Assembly (NCBI GenBank): GCA_943324505.2 | Contig: CALPLW020000001.1 | Coordinates: forward strand, 1 to 60,396 | Direction: 5' to 3' | DNA length: 60,396 nt | Source: Comamonas sp. lk | GTDB lineage: Bacteria; Pseudomonadota; Gammaproteobacteria; Burkholderiales; Burkholderiaceae_C | Shown: piece by piece, positions 47,098-57,242 of the stretch | How the letters are laid out: the number at the start of each line of letters is the position of its first letter | How positions within the stretch are numbered: position 1 is the first letter of the stretch | Made by a program: the position numbers and the translations under genes | The notes under the pieces: model-generated | What the model saw: the letters and a program-made list of their open reading frames with translations, nothing else | What the model was told of the DNA's origin: nothing | Database searches by the model: none

Positions 47098-48315
47098 TCA
47101 CTGAGCGCTGCGCACCGGCCGCCCGTTGAGGGCTTGAATCGGGCGGGCGTTGTTGGAGAACAACTGGCTGAACAGTCGGATCTGATCACGGCCTACGCTG
47201 ATGGGCTGCTTGATCACATGCCAGAGCACGCCCTCGGTGCAGGGTGGCGTGGTGAGCGAGCCCATGAACTGGTAGTAGCGCTGGTCTTTGGGCAGCAGCT
47301 CATTGAGGTCGAGCAGATTTTGCGGCATGCGCACCCGGTCACCGCTGTCCAGTGGCATGTAGGTCCAGACCTTGTTGATCAGGCTGTTGGCACTGCCCGG
47401 GTCCATCAACAGTGCCACCACCGCCAGCTGGCCTTCAGCATTGCGGTGAACCAGATGCGCCACCATCGCGAAGCCCCGGGAGTTGACCCGTTCTTCTGAG
47501 GGGGTATGAAAATGGAACTGCAGCAGTTTGTAGACCGAGCCGCGCACGGTCAGGGTGTTGTCGCCCTGCACGTCCACCTGGATGGTGTGGCCATTGTTCA
47601 CCACTGACCCGTCGCTGGGCTGGTAGTTGAACACCAAGGGCTCGGCTGGGCCCTGCAGCGTGTCGCGCTCGTCGATGTGGATCGGCGACTGGCGCTTGCC
47701 GATGGCGCACAGGTTGAACTCCGGCTTCATTCGGCCCCAGGCTTGCGGGCCGGTGTCACCCTCGTAACTCCAGTGCGCCTCGCCCCCGTGCGCGGCCTCG
47801 CCTGCCGCTGGCATGGGCTTACCGTGCCCGACCGTGGCCGCTGCCTTGGCGCGGATGTACTGGCGGCTGACCGGCGGGTTCACCACCGGGGTGGCAGGAC
47901 GTTGCACGGCCACTGGCCTGTCTTGGCCGCCGGGCGCTGCCTTACTGGCGCCTTTACCCTCCGCAGATGGCGCTGCCTCGGCAGTCTGGAAGGTGATGTA
48001 TTTCTTCTCCTTGCCGTTGACCACCAGGGTCAGCCGCTTTTTCGCCGAGGTGCTGGTCTCTGCCGCTTCCAGGACTTGCTCAGCCACGTCTTTGGCTGCG
48101 GCTGCTGGTGTCGCCGCTGGCGCTGAAGCTGGCTTTTTGGCCGCAGCGACCGGCGCACTGGTATTGGCTGCTGCCGGTGCTGGGTCTGAGGCTCGGGCCG
48201 TGCCCAAAACGCTGGCCGCCAGCAGGGCACACAGTGCTGCCGCAGCCCAAGTCACACCGCGGGCGTGTAGGGCCGGGTCCGGTGGTGCTGGCAGCAGGGA
48301 GGAGCGTAAATTCAT
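47098..48315 (-). CDS. Alpha-class carbonic anhydrase with long Ala/Pro-rich N-terminal extension
   Basis: HWSYEG..GP..WG, C..G..QSPI.I, NNGHTIQV, QFHFH, HLVH, GSLTTPPCTEGV.W and NARP.Q.LN.R motifs. Confidence 0.93.
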   Translation of the reverse strand: MNLRSSLLPAPPDPALHARGVTWAAAALCALLAASVLGTARASDPAPAAANTSAPVAAAKKPASAPAATPAAAAKDVAEQVLEAAETSTSAKKRLTLVVNGKEKKYITFQTAEAAPSAEGKGASKAAPGGQDRPVAVQRPATPVVNPPVSRQYIRAKAAATVGHGKPMPAAGEAAHGGEAHWSYEGDTGPQAWGRMKPEFNLCAIGKRQSPIHIDERDTLQGPAEPLVFNYQPSDGSVVNNGHTIQVDVQGDNTLTVRGSVYKLLQFHFHTPSEERVNSRGFAMVAHLVHRNAEGQLAVVALLMDPGSANSLINKVWTYMPLDSGDRVRMPQNLLDLNELLPKDQRYYQFMGSLTTPPCTEGVLWHVIKQPISVGRDQIRLFSQLFSNNARPIQALNGRPVRSAQ

Positions 48316-48468
48316 GGCTGGCGGGCCCCTTGGGCGTGCGGGCAGGTGTGGCCCTGGTTTCGGAATGACTGATATCCTGTTTTCTTATCGGCAACTTTGC
48401 CGCACAACTTAAATCTGGCCACGGCCGCGAAGGCTATAGTCAAGCTTGTTTCACCCCTCAGGCCCTTC

Positions 48469-49524
48469 GTGAGCATTCAGACCGATGATTTCGCCGCGCC
48501 GCCCAAACGAATTTTGGCGGCTGCCCCAGCCTCCCCAAATGAAGAGGCGGTGGAGCGGGCGCTGCGCCCCAAGTTGCTCGACGAGTACGTGGGCCAGGCC
48601 AAGGTGCGTGAGCAACTCGAGATCTTCATCGGTGCGGCGCGCAAGCGCGACGAGGCACTGGACCATGTGCTGCTGTTTGGCCCACCCGGCCTGGGCAAGA
48701 CCACGCTGTCCCACATCATTGCGCACGAACTCGGTGTTAATTTGCGGCAAACCAGTGGCCCGGTGCTGGAAAAGCCCAAGGACCTGGCCGCGCTACTGAC
48801 CAACCTGGAAAAAAACGACGTCCTGTTCATTGACGAAATTCACCGCCTGTCGCCCGTTGTCGAGGAAATCCTGTACCCGGCGTTGGAAGACTACAAAATC
48901 GACATCATGATCGGCGAGGGACCGGCGGCACGCTCGATCAAGCTCGACCTGCAGCCCTTCACGCTGGTGGGTGCCACCACCCGCGCCGGCATGCTCACCA
49001 ACCCGCTGCGCGACCGCTTTGGCATCGTGGCACGGCTGGAGTTTTACACCGCTGAAGAGCTGGCGCGCATCGTGCGCCGCAGCGCCGGCCTGCTCAATGT
49101 GCCCACCGATGACGCTGGCGTCTTCGAGATTGCGCGGCGCGCGCGTGGCACGCCGCGCATTGCCAACCGGCTGCTGCGCCGGGTGCGTGACTATGCCGAC
49201 GTCAAGGGTTCGGGTGAGATTACGCTCGACATTGCCAACCGCGCCCTGGCCATGCTCGACGTCGATCCGCAGGGCTTCGATTTGATGGACCGCAAGCTGC
49301 TCGAAGCAGTGATTCACCGCTTTGACGGCGGCCCGGTCGGGCTGGACAACATTGCCGCCAGCATCGGCGAAGAGCGTGAAACCATTGAGGATGTGATCGA
49401 ACCCTACCTGATCCAGCAGGGCTACTTGCAGCGCACCCCGCGCGGGCGCATCGCCACCCTGGCCGCCTACCGGCATCTGGGGGTGGCGCCGCCCAGCCGC
49501 GACGGCGATATGTTTGGGGTGTGA
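48469..49524 (+). CDS. ruvB: Holliday junction branch migration helicase RuvB
   Basis: [43 protein letters not shown] and RTPRGR motifs. Confidence 0.97.
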   Translation: MSIQTDDFAAPPKRILAAAPASPNEEAVERALRPKLLDEYVGQAKVREQLEIFIGAARKRDEALDHVLLFGPPGLGKTTLSHIIAHELGVNLRQTSGPVLEKPKDLAALLTNLEKNDVLFIDEIHRLSPVVEEILYPALEDYKIDIMIGEGPAARSIKLDLQPFTLVGATTRAGMLTNPLRDRFGIVARLEFYTAEELARIVRRSAGLLNVPTDDAGVFEIARRARGTPRIANRLLRRVRDYADVKGSGEITLDIANRALAMLDVDPQGFDLMDRKLLEAVIHRFDGGPVGLDNIAASIGEERETIEDVIEPYLIQQGYLQRTPRGRIATLAAYRHLGVAPPSRDGDMFGV

Positions 49525-49540
49525 CGGCTCGGCCGGTGGC

Positions 49541-50497
49541 TCAGGCGGGCGCTTGCATGCCTCGGGCGAGTTGCCGTGCGGCCTGCACAAACGCTTCTTC
49601 CAGATCGGCCGAAGCCGGTGTTGGCCGGGCGTCGGCCCAGCGCAGCACGGCCACGCGCGGGCCCTCAATGGTTTGTAACAGCGGCACGGTGTGCAAACCG
49701 TTCGACTGCGCCCTGGCTCGCTGTACCTCAAACGGCACGGCCCCGACCAAATCGGTGTTGGCCACCAGCGTTTCAAGGCCGGTCAAGGTCTCGCAGGTCG
49801 TCAGGCAGGTGGGCTCCGGCAGCCGCGCCTGGCGGAAGGCCCGAGCCAGGCCACGTGTCACCGAACTGCGCACACTGGGCCAGATCCATTGGGCGCCGAC
49901 CAGATCCGACAGGTGCTGCGCGTTGGCCAGTGGGTGACCGGCTCGCACAATCACGGCCACGGTGGTGGTGTAGACCGGTCGCGCGGTGAATTCACTGCCC
50001 AGCCGTTCAGCAGGCATGGACATGACCGCAAAGTCTGGCGCCCCCTCGCGCAGCCCGGCCAGGGCAAACGGCGGCGGGGTGATGCTCAATTGAACCCCAG
50101 GCCAGCGGGACCGAAACAGCGGGATCACAGTCGGCAGCAATGCGATGGTGGAAAAGTGCGACAGCGCCACCACCAACTGGCCTTCCCGCTGGCCCTTGCG
50201 CTGGGCGATGTCCTCGCCCGCCTGGCGCGCCTGCGCCCGAATGGCGCGGGCCCGTGGCAACAGGGCCAGCCCGTATTCGGTGGGCAGGATGCCACGCAGG
50301 CTGCGGTCAAAAACCGGCACACCCAACAGTTGCTCCAGCCTTTTGAGTTGCTTGCTCAAGGCCGGCTGGGTTGTGCCTAGCGCCCGAGCGGCAGCAGTCA
50401 GACTGCCCGCGTCCGCAATCTCGGCCAGCAACATCAGGGCCGCTGGGTCTGGGGTGGGAAGGGCACCTTGAGGCGTAGGTTCGATGGCCTGGGGCAT
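49541..50497 (-). CDS. LysR-family transcriptional regulator
   Basis: GSLTAAA..LG.TQPALSKQLK.LE..LG..VF.R HTH plus a substrate-binding domain. Confidence 0.92.
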   Translation of the reverse strand: MPQAIEPTPQGALPTPDPAALMLLAEIADAGSLTAAARALGTTQPALSKQLKRLEQLLGVPVFDRSLRGILPTEYGLALLPRARAIRAQARQAGEDIAQRKGQREGQLVVALSHFSTIALLPTVIPLFRSRWPGVQLSITPPPFALAGLREGAPDFAVMSMPAERLGSEFTARPVYTTTVAVIVRAGHPLANAQHLSDLVGAQWIWPSVRSSVTRGLARAFRQARLPEPTCLTTCETLTGLETLVANTDLVGAVPFEVQRARAQSNGLHTVPLLQTIEGPRVAVLRWADARPTPASADLEEAFVQAARQLARGMQAPA

Positions 50498-50540
50498 GGT
50501 GTTCTCACGCAATTGGCCTGGCTTGCCCGCTAGGGCTTAG

Positions 50541-50561
50541 TCCATAACCAAATGACATGGA
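50541..50561. promoter_or_regulatory. LysR box (T-N11-A) in the divergent promoter
   Basis: TCCAT-aaccaaatgac-ATGGA, a perfect 5-bp inverted repeat with an 11-nt spacer, between the LysR gene and the kynureninase-like gene. Confidence 0.65.
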
Positions 50562-50637
50562 TATGAGGGAATAGGCAGTTGTGGGAATGGAAGGGGCCGA
50601 CTACGATTCTTTCACAGTTTTCTGTGAAGGACTCCCT

Positions 50638-51885
50638 TTGTTACTGAATGCCCAGGACTGCGCGGCCTTGGACCGAACCCCATCGGCTTTGGCAGACTTT
50701 GACGTCTGGCGTTCGGCCTTTGCGTCTGGGCCCGAGGGCACGCTCTACTTTGACGCCAATTCGATTGGGCCCATGCCGGTCGATGCACCCGCCCGCATGC
50801 AGCAGGTGTTGGACGCCGGTTGGCGTCAGGCGCGCCGCCGCGGCTGGAGCGAGCTGGACTGGCTGCAGCAGCCGGCCAGCCTGGGCGCAGCGATTGCACC
50901 GATGCTGGGGGCCGATGAGGCAGAAGTGCGGGTCTGTGACACCACCAGCATCAACCAGTACAAGCTGCTGTGCTTTGCCCTGAGCCGTGCCGCCCCGCGC
51001 CGGGTGATTGTGCTGGAGCAGGATGTTTTCCCGTCGAACCGGTATGTGGCCGAAGGCATTGCCCGGTCTGGCCTGGCCGAGCTGCGTTTCATACGCCACG
51101 CCGACGAGCTGCCGGCCGCGCTGGCGGCTCATGATGTGGCGGTGGTCGCGCTGTCACATGTCGATTACCGCAACAGCGCCCGACTCGATATGGCGGCGTT
51201 GACCCGCCTGGCCCACGACCATGGTGCCCTGGCCCTGTGGGACTTGTCTCACTCCGCTGGGGCCGTTGCCATTGAGCTCAAGGCGGCGCAGGCTGATCTG
51301 GCGGTAGGCTGTGGCTACAAGTACCTGTGCGGTGGCCCCGGTGCCCCGGCGTATTTGTACGTCAATGCGCAGCTGCAAGGCGCGCATTGGCCTGCCTTGG
51401 CGGGCTGGATGGGCCACGCTGACACCTTCAGTTTTGAGCCGGGCTACCGGCCCGCGCCCGGAACGGACCGATTTTTAGTGGGTACACCGGCGGTGCTGGC
51501 CAATGTGGCGTTTTCAGCGGCCGCCGACATTTGGCGCCGCGTGTCGCCGGTGGCGCTGAATGATCGGCACCGCTCCCTGACCGACACACTGATCCAATTA
51601 CTGGACGAGCAATGTGGCCCCCTGGGTCTGACCGTGGCCAGCCCGCGTTCGCACGCCCAGCGGGGCGGCCACGTGGCCTTGCAGTTTGACGGCGCGGCTC
51701 CCCTGTCGCAGGCCATGGTGGCGCGGGGTGTGGTCGTGTCATCGCGCAAGCCTGACGCCCTGCGTTTTGGTGTGCATCCCCTGACCACCACCCATGCCGA
51801 CCTGTGGCGCGCCGTGCAAATTCTGCGTGACCTGCTGGACAGTGGCGACTGGCGCGATCCGCGCTTCAGCGGACAGGTCATTTGA
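50638..51885 (+). CDS. Kynureninase-like PLP enzyme (aminotransferase class V)
   Basis: LYFDANSIGP, D.TS.N.YK, FPS..Y, WDLSHSAG, GCGYKYLCGGPG, GW.GH and RGGHV motifs. Start uncertain (50581-50638). Confidence 0.8.
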   Translation: MLLNAQDCAALDRTPSALADFDVWRSAFASGPEGTLYFDANSIGPMPVDAPARMQQVLDAGWRQARRRGWSELDWLQQPASLGAAIAPMLGADEAEVRVCDTTSINQYKLLCFALSRAAPRRVIVLEQDVFPSNRYVAEGIARSGLAELRFIRHADELPAALAAHDVAVVALSHVDYRNSARLDMAALTRLAHDHGALALWDLSHSAGAVAIELKAAQADLAVGCGYKYLCGGPGAPAYLYVNAQLQGAHWPALAGWMGHADTFSFEPGYRPAPGTDRFLVGTPAVLANVAFSAAADIWRRVSPVALNDRHRSLTDTLIQLLDEQCGPLGLTVASPRSHAQRGGHVALQFDGAAPLSQAMVARGVVVSSRKPDALRFGVHPLTTTHADLWRAVQILRDLLDSGDWRDPRFSGQVI

Positions 51886-53987
51886 TGCAAGGCGCTGACC
51901 CCCGCGACCCCTACCGCCTGGCCGCCGACATTGGCGGCACCTTCACCGATGTGGTGCTGGAGACGCCCACCGGGCGTTTCAGCTGCAAAGTGCTGACCAC
52001 GCCGCGCCAACCCGAAGTCGCAGTGATGGACGGCATCCTGCAGTTGCTGGCGCAGGCTGCGGTTAGCCCAGCGCAGATCGGCTTCTTTATCCACGGCACC
52101 ACCCTGGCCACCAATGCGCTGATCGAGCGCAAGGGCGCCCGCACTGCCTTGCTGACCACGGCCGGTTTTCGCGACGTGCTGGAGATGGGTTTTGAGAAGC
52201 GCTTTGACGCCTACGACATCAACATCGAAATGCCGCCAGCCCTGGTGCCCAGGCCGCTGCGTTTCACGGTGGCTGAGCGCATTGCCGCCGATGGCGCGGT
52301 GCTGCTGGCACTGGACGAAGCCGCGGTGCTCGCCGCTGCCCGTCAGATGCGGGCGGCTGGCGTCGAGTCGGTGGCGGTTGGCTTTATTCATGCCTGGGCG
52401 CACCCAGCCCATGAGCAACAGGCGCGGGCCATTTTGCAAGCTGAGCTGGGTGATGACGTGACGGTATGCCTGTCCAGCGAAGTGTGTCCTGAAATGCGGG
52501 AATACGAGCGCTTTTCCACCACGGTGGCGAACGCCTATGTGCGCCCGCTGATGGCCGGCTACCTGGGTCGTCTGCGTGAGAAAGTGGCACAGGTGGGCAT
52601 GGTGTGCCCCTTGCTGCTGATGATGTCGGGTGGTGGGCTGACCACCCTGGCCTTGGCCGAGCGGTTCCCGATCCGGCTGGTTGAATCGGGCCCAGCGGGG
52701 GGCGCCATTTTGGCGGCGCACCTGGCGCGTGAATGCGGCCTCGATGAAGTTCTGGCGTTTGACATGGGCGGCACCACCGCCAAGATTTGCCTGATCAGCC
52801 ACGGTGAGCCGGCGCGGTCGCGTCGGTTTGAGGTGGGGCGAGTCTGGCGTAACCTCAAAGGCAGTGGGCTGCCGATCCGTATCCCGGTGATCGAACTGGT
52901 GGAAATTGGTGCTGGCGGCGGCTCGATCGGGCGGGTTGACGCCTTGTCGCGCATCACGGTTGGCCCGGACTCCTGCGGGGCCGAGCCAGGCCCGGCCAGT
53001 TACGGCCGTGGCGGCGTTTTGCCGGCCGTGACCGACGCCAACCTGGTGCTTGGGCGCCTGGATCCGCAGCGCTTTGCCGGTGGCCATCTCCAACTGGACC
53101 GGCAGCGCGCTGAAGACGCGCTGATCCGCAGCGTGGGCGATGTGTTGGGCCTGGATGCGTTCTGGGCGGCTGCGGGCATGAGTGAAATTGTGGAAGAAAA
53201 CATGGCCAACGCCGCGCGGGTGCATGCCATTGAGCGCGGCAAGGCGCTGGAAGGGGCCACCATGATCGCCTTTGGCGGGGCAGCGCCCCTGCATGCCGGG
53301 CGCTTGGCGCAAAAACTTGGCATGCGGCGTGTGGTCATCCCGACCGGCGCCGGTGTCGGCTCAGCCATCGGGTTTTTGCGAGCGCCCATCTCTTTTGAGG
53401 TCGTGCGCAGCGACCTAGCCTTGCTGCGCCAACTGTCAGCCAGCTTGGTGCTTGAGCGGCTGCGTGACATGGAAGCCGAGGCACGGGCCATTGTGGCGCC
53501 AGCCGCCCGTGGCGCGCCGCTGCAGGTGACCCGCCTGGCCGAATTGCGCTATGCCGGCCAGGGGCATGAGCTGCGGGTCACGCTGCCGCCCTCTGACATC
53601 GCGCAACTGGACGCTGCAGCGCTGGCCGATCTGGCCGAGCGCTTTGAGCAGGCCTATGAGCAGGTCTACGGCTTGCGCATCCCCGGCTCTGAGGTCGAGG
53701 TCGTGACCTGGTCGGTGACGGTCGCGACCCTTGGCGCGGCAGTGACCCCGGCCACGCTGGTGCCGGCCACATCCACGCGTGCGCCCAGCGCCAGCCGGGA
53801 GGCCTGGGACCCGGGGCAGGGCCAGCGGCAGGCCTTTGGGCTGCATTGGCGCTTTGACCTCGCACCAACAGACCAGGTGCTGGGGCCGGCCTTGATCGCC
53901 GAGCATGAGACCACCCTGGTGGTGCCAGCCGGCTGGTCGGCACAACTCAATTCCAACGGCCATTTGGTGATGGCGGTGAACCCATGA
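51885..53987 (+). CDS. Hydantoinase/oxoprolinase family, A subunit
   Basis: DIGGTFTD, HGTTLATNA, EYER.STT..NAY, ESGPAGG, DMGGTT, IGAGGGS and RYAGQGHE motifs. Confidence 0.93.
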   Translation: MQGADPRDPYRLAADIGGTFTDVVLETPTGRFSCKVLTTPRQPEVAVMDGILQLLAQAAVSPAQIGFFIHGTTLATNALIERKGARTALLTTAGFRDVLEMGFEKRFDAYDINIEMPPALVPRPLRFTVAERIAADGAVLLALDEAAVLAAARQMRAAGVESVAVGFIHAWAHPAHEQQARAILQAELGDDVTVCLSSEVCPEMREYERFSTTVANAYVRPLMAGYLGRLREKVAQVGMVCPLLLMMSGGGLTTLALAERFPIRLVESGPAGGAILAAHLARECGLDEVLAFDMGGTTAKICLISHGEPARSRRFEVGRVWRNLKGSGLPIRIPVIELVEIGAGGGSIGRVDALSRITVGPDSCGAEPGPASYGRGGVLPAVTDANLVLGRLDPQRFAGGHLQLDRQRAEDALIRSVGDVLGLDAFWAAAGMSEIVEENMANAARVHAIERGKALEGATMIAFGGAAPLHAGRLAQKLGMRRVVIPTGAGVGSAIGFLRAPISFEVVRSDLALLRQLSASLVLERLRDMEAEARAIVAPAARGAPLQVTRLAELRYAGQGHELRVTLPPSDIAQLDAAALADLAERFEQAYEQVYGLRIPGSEVEVVTWSVTVATLGAAVTPATLVPATSTRAPSASREAWDPGQGQRQAFGLHWRFDLAPTDQVLGPALIAEHETTLVVPAGWSAQLNSNGHLVMAVNP

Positions 53988-55654
53988 AGCCCGCAGCCAG
54001 CAGCATGTTTGAGGCCATCCAGACCCAGGTGATGTGGAACCGCCTGATCTCGGTGGTGGAGGAGCAGGCCCAGGCCCTGTTGCGCACGGCGTTTGGCTCA
54101 GTGGCCCGCGAGGCCGGCGACCTGTCGGCCGGTGTTTATGACACCCAGGGCCGCATGCTGGCGCAGGCCGTGACCGGCACGCCAGGGCACGTCAACACCA
54201 TGGCGATCGCCGTGGGTCACTTTCTTCAGCGCTTTCCTTTGGCCTCGATGCTGGCGGGTGATGTCTTCATCACCAACGACCCCTGGCTGGGCACGGGCCA
54301 CCTGTTTGATTTTGTGGTGGTCACGCCGGTGTTTCGCAAGGGCCAGCCGGTGGCCCTGTTTGCCTCAACCTGCCACACCATTGACGTGGGCGGCCTGGGT
54401 TTCTCGGCCGATGCCAGCTCGGTGTTTGAAGAGGGCACCTGTATCCCGCACCTGCGACTGGCCAAGGGCGGTGCGCTGAACGAGGATGTGCTGGCCATCG
54501 TGCAGGCCAACTCCCGCAACCCGATAGAGGCCCGTGGCGACATCTTGTCCCTGATGAGCTGCAATGAGGTTGGCGTGCGCCGGCTGCTCGACATGATGGC
54601 CGAGTTTTCGCTGGATTCGATCGACGCGCTGGGTGCGCACGTGCTGCAGCAGTCGGCGCGGGCCGCACGGGCGGCGATTGCCCGGCTGCCTTCGGGCACC
54701 TGGCAGGCCCGCATGACGCTGGACGGTTACGAATGCCCGGTGAACCTGGTAGCCACCCTCACCGTGGCGGGTGACCATCTGCAGGTGGACTATGCCGGTT
54801 CGAGTGCAGCGTCAGAGCGGGGCATCAATTCGCCCAAGTGCTACACCGACGCCTATTCGGTGTTTGGTTTGAAGTGCCTGATCGCCCCGGATGTGCCCAA
54901 CAACGCCGGCTCACTGGCACCTTTTGAGGTCTTGGCGCAAGAGGGCAGCATCGTCCACCCGCAGCGCCCCAGCCCGGTGACCGCACGCCATGTGATTGGC
55001 CAAATGTTGCCGGATCTGATGTTTGGTTGTCTGGAGGCCGCCATGCAGGGCCAGGTGCCGGCTGAATCAGCAGGCAGCATCTGGGTGCTGGCCATGCGCC
55101 GAGACCGGGTCGATGGCGTGCCCTTCAATGTGATGAGTGTGGCGCTGGGCGGGGCTGGCGCCCGGCCGAGCAAAGACGGTCTGTCGACCACCGCCTTCCC
55201 CAGCGGCGTGGGGGCAATCCCGGTGGAAGTGACTGAGGTGCAAGCGCCCCTGGTGTTTTGGCACAAGGAATACCTGAGCGACTCGGGTGGCGCTGGGCGA
55301 TGGCGTGGCGGTCTGGCCCAGCGCATCGAGATCGCCGCGCGAGATGGCGCCGCCTTTGAATGCTCTGCGGCCACCTTTGACCGGCGTGCCAACCCGGCTC
55401 GGGGCCGCTTGGGTGGCGCTGCGGGCGCCGCTGGTCGCGTTGAAATCGAGGCCGCAGACGGGCAATGCACCGTGCACGAAGGCAAGGGCACCCTGCGCAT
55501 TCCCGCCGGTGGCCGTCTGCGTGTGGATTTGCCCGGCGGTGGCGGTTTCGGCCCCCCAGGCATGCGCGACCCGGCCTTGTGCCTGCAAGACCTCAGCTGC
55601 GGGCTGATTGGCCCCCAAACCAACCCTATCCCAGTCGCCGACAAATCACCCTAA
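53984..55654 (+). CDS. Hydantoinase B/oxoprolinase family subunit
   Basis: RTAF....EA.D.S, TNDPW.GTGH..D, H..DVGG, EEG, GG.GARP.KDG, DSGGAG..RGG and PGGGGFG motifs. Confidence 0.93.
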   Translation: MKPAASSMFEAIQTQVMWNRLISVVEEQAQALLRTAFGSVAREAGDLSAGVYDTQGRMLAQAVTGTPGHVNTMAIAVGHFLQRFPLASMLAGDVFITNDPWLGTGHLFDFVVVTPVFRKGQPVALFASTCHTIDVGGLGFSADASSVFEEGTCIPHLRLAKGGALNEDVLAIVQANSRNPIEARGDILSLMSCNEVGVRRLLDMMAEFSLDSIDALGAHVLQQSARAARAAIARLPSGTWQARMTLDGYECPVNLVATLTVAGDHLQVDYAGSSAASERGINSPKCYTDAYSVFGLKCLIAPDVPNNAGSLAPFEVLAQEGSIVHPQRPSPVTARHVIGQMLPDLMFGCLEAAMQGQVPAESAGSIWVLAMRRDRVDGVPFNVMSVALGGAGARPSKDGLSTTAFPSGVGAIPVEVTEVQAPLVFWHKEYLSDSGGAGRWRGGLAQRIEIAARDGAAFECSAATFDRRANPARGRLGGAAGAAGRVEIEAADGQCTVHEGKGTLRIPAGGRLRVDLPGGGGFGPPGMRDPALCLQDLSCGLIGPQTNPIPVADKSP

Positions 55655-55683
55655 CCCTTGTTTCCCAACCCAGGAGATCGAAG

Positions 55684-56727
55684 ATGAAGAACGCTACCCC
55701 CCTGTTCCGCCGTCCCGTTTTGGCCCGCCTTATGGCAGGTCTGGCGGTCGCCCTGACCCTTGGTGCGCCCTTGGCGGCCCAGGCCCAAAAGACCATCAAG
55801 GTCGGCTTGGCGCTGTCCAAAGGCGCACCCGGCTTTGATTTCATCAACGGCATGTACGAGGTCTTCAAAACCGAAGTGGAGACCTCGACCAAAGGCTCGC
55901 TGGTGGTGGACCTGGTCTATGGTGGCGCTTTGGGCAACCCCAATGACCGACTGAACCAGATGCGCCGCGGCGCTATCCAGATGACAGACGCTGCCGATGG
56001 CAACTACGCCTCCATTTACCCGGACATCCAGGTGCTGAACATTCCCTACCTGTTTAGCACCGAGCAGGCCGCCTGGAAAGTCCTGGACGGCCCTTTCGGC
56101 CAGAAAATGGCGGCAGACCTGCGCACCAAGACCGGTGTTCGGGTGTTGGGCTGGTGGGAGTCCGGTGGCTTCAAGCATTACAGCTCGAACAAGCCGATCC
56201 GCACTGCGACAGATTTCTCAGGGCAAAAAATTCGGGCCATGGGTCCGCTGGCGGTGCGGCCGGTGGAGGCCATGAAGGGCTCTGCCGCTCCGATTGCCTT
56301 TAATGAGCTGTACACCTCGCTCAAAACCGGCGTGGTGGACGGGCAGGACAACTCGGTCAGCGTGTTCCGGCTGGTCAAGCTGCAAGAGGTGCAAAAGTAC
56401 CTGCTGATGTCCGGCCACGGTTACGCGGTAGGCGTGCTGGGGATCAATGATGCTTTTTATACCGCGCTGACGGCGGATGAAAAAGCTGCCGTGGACGCCG
56501 CGGGCCGTAAAGCCATCACCTTCAACCGCGAAGGCTCACGCCGCGCCGAGAAGGAGTCCCTGGACGCCGTGAAGGCGGCCGGGGTGGTGGTCACCACCAT
56601 GGACGCGGCTCAGAAGGACGCCATGACGAAAATCATCCAGCCGGCGGTGGTGGAATGGCTCAAGACCCAGGTCAGTTCCACGGCCTGGATTGACGACGCT
56701 TTGGCGGCTGCCAAAGCTGCGCAGTAA
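55684..56727 (+). CDS. TRAP transporter substrate-binding protein (DctP)
   Basis: Signal peptide, PYLF, G.KIR and ELYTSLKTGVVDGQDN motifs. Confidence 0.9.
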   Translation: MKNATPLFRRPVLARLMAGLAVALTLGAPLAAQAQKTIKVGLALSKGAPGFDFINGMYEVFKTEVETSTKGSLVVDLVYGGALGNPNDRLNQMRRGAIQMTDAADGNYASIYPDIQVLNIPYLFSTEQAAWKVLDGPFGQKMAADLRTKTGVRVLGWWESGGFKHYSSNKPIRTATDFSGQKIRAMGPLAVRPVEAMKGSAAPIAFNELYTSLKTGVVDGQDNSVSVFRLVKLQEVQKYLLMSGHGYAVGVLGINDAFYTALTADEKAAVDAAGRKAITFNREGSRRAEKESLDAVKAAGVVVTTMDAAQKDAMTKIIQPAVVEWLKTQVSSTAWIDDALAAAKAAQ

Positions 56728-56771
56728 ACCTTCAGCGAATCACCTCCTCAAACACATCAGCCGGGCGACAC

Positions 56772-57242
56772 ATGAAAGCTATTGATCGTTTGGAGCAACT
56801 GCTCAGCTTTATCAGCGGGGCCAGCCTGAGCGTGCTGGCCGCCGGCGTGTTTTTGCAGGTGGTGATGCGCTACGTCTTCAGCTACACGCCGTTCTGGAGC
56901 GAAGAGGCTTTTCGCATCCTGCTGGTGTGGTGTGTGATGGCCGGTGCGGCGGTGTCGGTACGCGACAACCAACATATTCGGGTGGATTTCATTGTGGAGA
57001 CCTTGCCGCCGGGCGCGCGGCGGGTTATCTACAGCCTGATTGACGTCGCCACGCTGGTGTTTTTTGTGGCGGTGGTGGTGGCGGGCTACGACGCAGTCAC
57101 CTTCAACCACAGCATGCGCACGGTGGCGCTGCAGTGGCCGATGTCTTACCTAATTGTGGCGGTGCCGCTGGGCTTTGCGGCAGCCGCGGTGTTTTTGCTG
57201 GTGCGCATGTGGGCGCAGCGCCAGGCCAGGAGGCTGGCATGA
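56772..57242 (+). CDS. TRAP transporter small permease (DctQ)
   Basis: QVVMRY.F.....WSEE and HIRVD motifs, four TM segments. Confidence 0.9.
   Translation: MKAIDRLEQLLSFISGASLSVLAAGVFLQVVMRYVFSYTPFWSEEAFRILLVWCVMAGAAVSVRDNQHIRVDFIVETLPPGARRVIYSLIDVATLVFFVAVVVAGYDAVTFNHSMRTVALQWPMSYLIVAVPLGFAAAAVFLLVRMWAQRQARRLA

Noticed and set aside
51444-53312. Long antisense ORFs (e.g. 51444-53312, 57263-58609, 40210-41364, 7019-8212, 12466-13617, 37063-38178)
   Set aside because: They shadow well-supported genes on the opposite strand, have no recognisable motifs, and are expected in high-GC DNA.
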